The notes beneath the pieces were generated by a model. It was not told the DNA's origin. It saw nothing but the letters and a program-made list of their open reading frames with translations, and did no database searches. Positions 61,178-64,000 of a stretch of 64,000 bases of DNA are shown piece after piece; positions within the stretch are counted from its first letter, which is position 1; each line of letters starts with the position of its first letter. The position numbers were made by a program, and so were the translations under genes. Where the stretch lies: positions 61,566,001 through 61,630,000 of the forward strand of contig NC_086381.1 in assembly GCF_036588685.1 (NCBI RefSeq), read 5' to 3'. The stretch is from Mytilus trossulus (taxonomy: Eukaryota).

Positions 61178-61269
61178 TATAAGACTCTGGAGGTTCATAT
61201 CATTTACATTCAACGTTTTGTATCGGATATTTTTTTTTTACTATCAATGTTGAACCCCAGAGTCTTATA
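61178..61269. repeat. Short foldback / mini-MITE
   Basis: TATAAGACTCTGG(A)GGTTCA ... TGAACCCCAGAGTCTTATA inverted arms. Confidence 0.65.
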
Positions 61270-64000
61270 AAATTTGTCATTTTTTCTCGTAGCAAAAATT
61301 TAAATTAATAATCCACTGCCAAAACAAATAAAATTATTAGGAACAACCTAAATATGAATGAAAGTAACTTCTTACCGTATTAATTGTTAAAAATAATGTT
61401 CCTAATCCATCACTTTTATCCTGAGTTGACAAACAATTTTTTCCACGCCATTTTATTTCAAATATATGTGCCGATTCTTTATTTTAAGGATTTCGTGAAC
61501 GAAACGAATTTGACGATAATATTTAGAACCAGTAAAGAACAACGTGCGAAAACACGACCAATTGTAATGGTGTCATGCAATTATTGAGATAACCATAAAA
61601 AGTGCTGAGAGATTACGAATGGGGTTAACAGAATAGAGAACTATCGGCAAAAAACAAAAAGAATAAAAAAATATGGGTTCTATTTTTACCCCCCCCCCCC
61701 CCCCCCCGAAAAAAACGGTATAAGTATATTGTTTACAGTTGAAAAAAACAATGTCCAAAATACAGTTATAATGTATCAACAGATTAGTAAAAAATATGTT
61801 TAAACATTAATTATCAGACTGATGTAACTTATTTATTAAGCGATTCAGTTCGTACCCAAAAACTGTCCAATTTTGACTTTCAAATGCAAATTCGCGAGTT
61901 CAATCACATAACGGGGGCGGGAGGGGGGGGGGGGGCAAACCGTCTTTCACAAAAGGTTCTCTACTCCAAGTTGTTAATTGAGCATCAACAGAAATCATGG
62001 GCGAGTTGTGAGAGTGGGCGAGGTTATAAATGTCTTTCAAAATATGAGTTCGGCATTTAACGGAGGCGTGCGAGCCAAATTCACAAAATAAATGTTCTCT
62101 AGTCAAAAGAACGGGCGATGCGATGGTTTTCTTTTGAAATACCAGTTCAAATGTTCATGAAATCTGCTAGCTGCTAACGGTATGAAGTTGCAATGATCCA
62201 TGAGAGTGCGCCAATGTGAGAGCGAGCGTGGCAATACATGATTTTCCAAGAACAGCTTCATAAAACAGAGGTGCACGAGCCTTCACCAAATGTTCTTTAG
62301 TAAGTTTTTAAGCATCACAAGATATTGATTTCAAGTTGTGATAGCGGGCCATACATGTCCTTCAAAATATGAGTTTATACAACGGAGTGAACAAGCCAGT
62401 TATCTTGTCGAAGCTGTTAAGAATGAACATACCGGTAAATCAATTGCGAGTTGTGAGAGCGGGTGTTTTTAGAAACTCGTCCACACTAAATTTGCTCCTT
62501 TCTCGACAAGTACAGTTTTTTAAACACTCTGCACAACATTTACAAGAAGGACACCGACAGTGCTGAAAATCGCATCCTTCGTCTTTCTTTGTACATGTAT
62601 CTGATTTATCTTCTATGAAGTTGTCTACGGTCAATGCATTTACAATTTAACATCTGATACAACTGCTGGTGCAGTTTATGATATTGCTTATATATTTGCC
62701 GGTGGCTTTAAGCGACAAAGTAAAATTATCATGATAAAATAAAACTGAATCCATCCCTAGCGCATCTGTCAGCTTATTGCCAATATAATAGGACAACACC
62801 AATTTTGGACATTTGATATTTAAACTTTTCATCCATGTATGTTGATCTCGCAATTTTACCTTTATTTTTTTGTGTGACGTCTCATTGAAGGGCTTAAAGT
62901 ATCATTATTGTTTGAATATGACAAGAAGAAAATAAGTTTTTTGGAAATAGTACATGAAGTCGTTTAAAATTATCAATTAGAAAAAGAAAGGGAAAAGTGG
63001 CCGCCAGATTAACAGCACAAGAAACATGAAAGATATTGTAATGCATAAATTCAAATTTATAAAATTATTGGTTTGCGTAATTTGTGTAATATTCAAATCA
63101 TTTGAATCACTTTTTAACATGTTACACAATACTTATAGAATCACATTTTACAGTTCATTTATTTATATTTGACCCCAGACTGCTTATTACCGGTGAGCTA
63201 TATATTAAATGTATAACTAGATATACATATATATTGTATTAATATGTGAATCTTTTTTACAAAGCTTAGGTAGAAGTTTATACAAACAAAGCAAGCAAAC
63301 CGACCAAAGCTTTACTCTACAAGCATTATGCAATTAGCCCTAATCAAAATTGCAAGGAGATGTGGTATTGAAGCCGATGAGACAAAATAATGTTACATTT
63401 ACAAGAGTTTAAATGAAGTTGATGTAAGCAGTTTATACCATATGGCCTTCCGCGAGAGGAAAAAAAAAACCCGCTGTAATGGCAAATCTCCAACATGAAA
63501 AAAAATCTGTAAAGAAAGTAAATCGAGAAAGCCAACTACCTTATTCGTGTATGTAATAATAGTCACCATTTCCAGCTTTGACCATTATTTTCATTACACA
63601 GTTTTTTTTTCTTTCAATAACTCTTTGTAGAAATTTTCACCGTGTAATTCCTGTTATTATCGGGACATAGCATTCATTTATACAACCATCCTTTACCTTT
63701 TTATGAATACTAAATGGTCGCCTCTTAAGGGTTAAGAAAGATTTGATGGTAAGCTTCCTTTTCTATTGATGAGGAAATTAAAATGAATTTAATCATTTCA
63801 TCATTTATAATTATCTTAAAGTCAAAACAAAATTCGTTTTCCAATGTATATTTTGAAATATGTACAACTGATTAACATTCGGAAAGACCTGCGGAACTTC
63901 TCGTACTTGATCCGCTTGACAATTTGAAATAAGGGGGGACAGTTTGAAAAGTGGCCCGAGACCACAATTAATTCTACTATCATTTCTTTATAACGTTTTG

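Noticed and set aside
61376-61460. Candidate first non-coding exon/promoter of the minus-strand gene (AAAATGGCG motif, ACG|gtaaga donor)
   Set aside because: Motifs are too short to support without transcript data.

Overview
AT-rich eukaryotic (animal) genomic DNA. The repeat families and minimal hammerhead elements point to a bivalve mollusc, probably a mussel (Mytilus); this is inference. There are two spliced host genes. The first is a + strand XK-related (XKR scramblase family) gene of four coding exons (4507-8530). The second is a - strand, apparently chimeric gene (50153-35228): a zinc-ribbon N-terminus and an acidic linker with SUMO-interaction motifs, joined to exons resembling the zinc-knuckle/Pro-Tyr-Arg tail of Lark/RBM4. 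The main feature is a ~9.4 kb, GC-richer, decayed Ty3/Gypsy retrotransposon (~12240-21605) with unusual cargo. Its Gag starts with a ComEA-type helix-hairpin-helix, a PHD finger follows integrase, and an env-position ORF ends in a TatD nuclease domain whose metal-binding motifs are all still recognisable. Other mobile DNA includes a near-intact pogo DD35D transposon with TIRs and TA TSD, a decayed Kolobok-like transposase plus accessory ORF, an L2-type LINE 3' fragment, two type I hammerhead (retrozyme-like) copies, a tRNA-derived SINE, several MITEs, and Helentron-type non-autonomous elements with internal tandem arrays. All calls come from reading the sequence by eye; no database searches were run.
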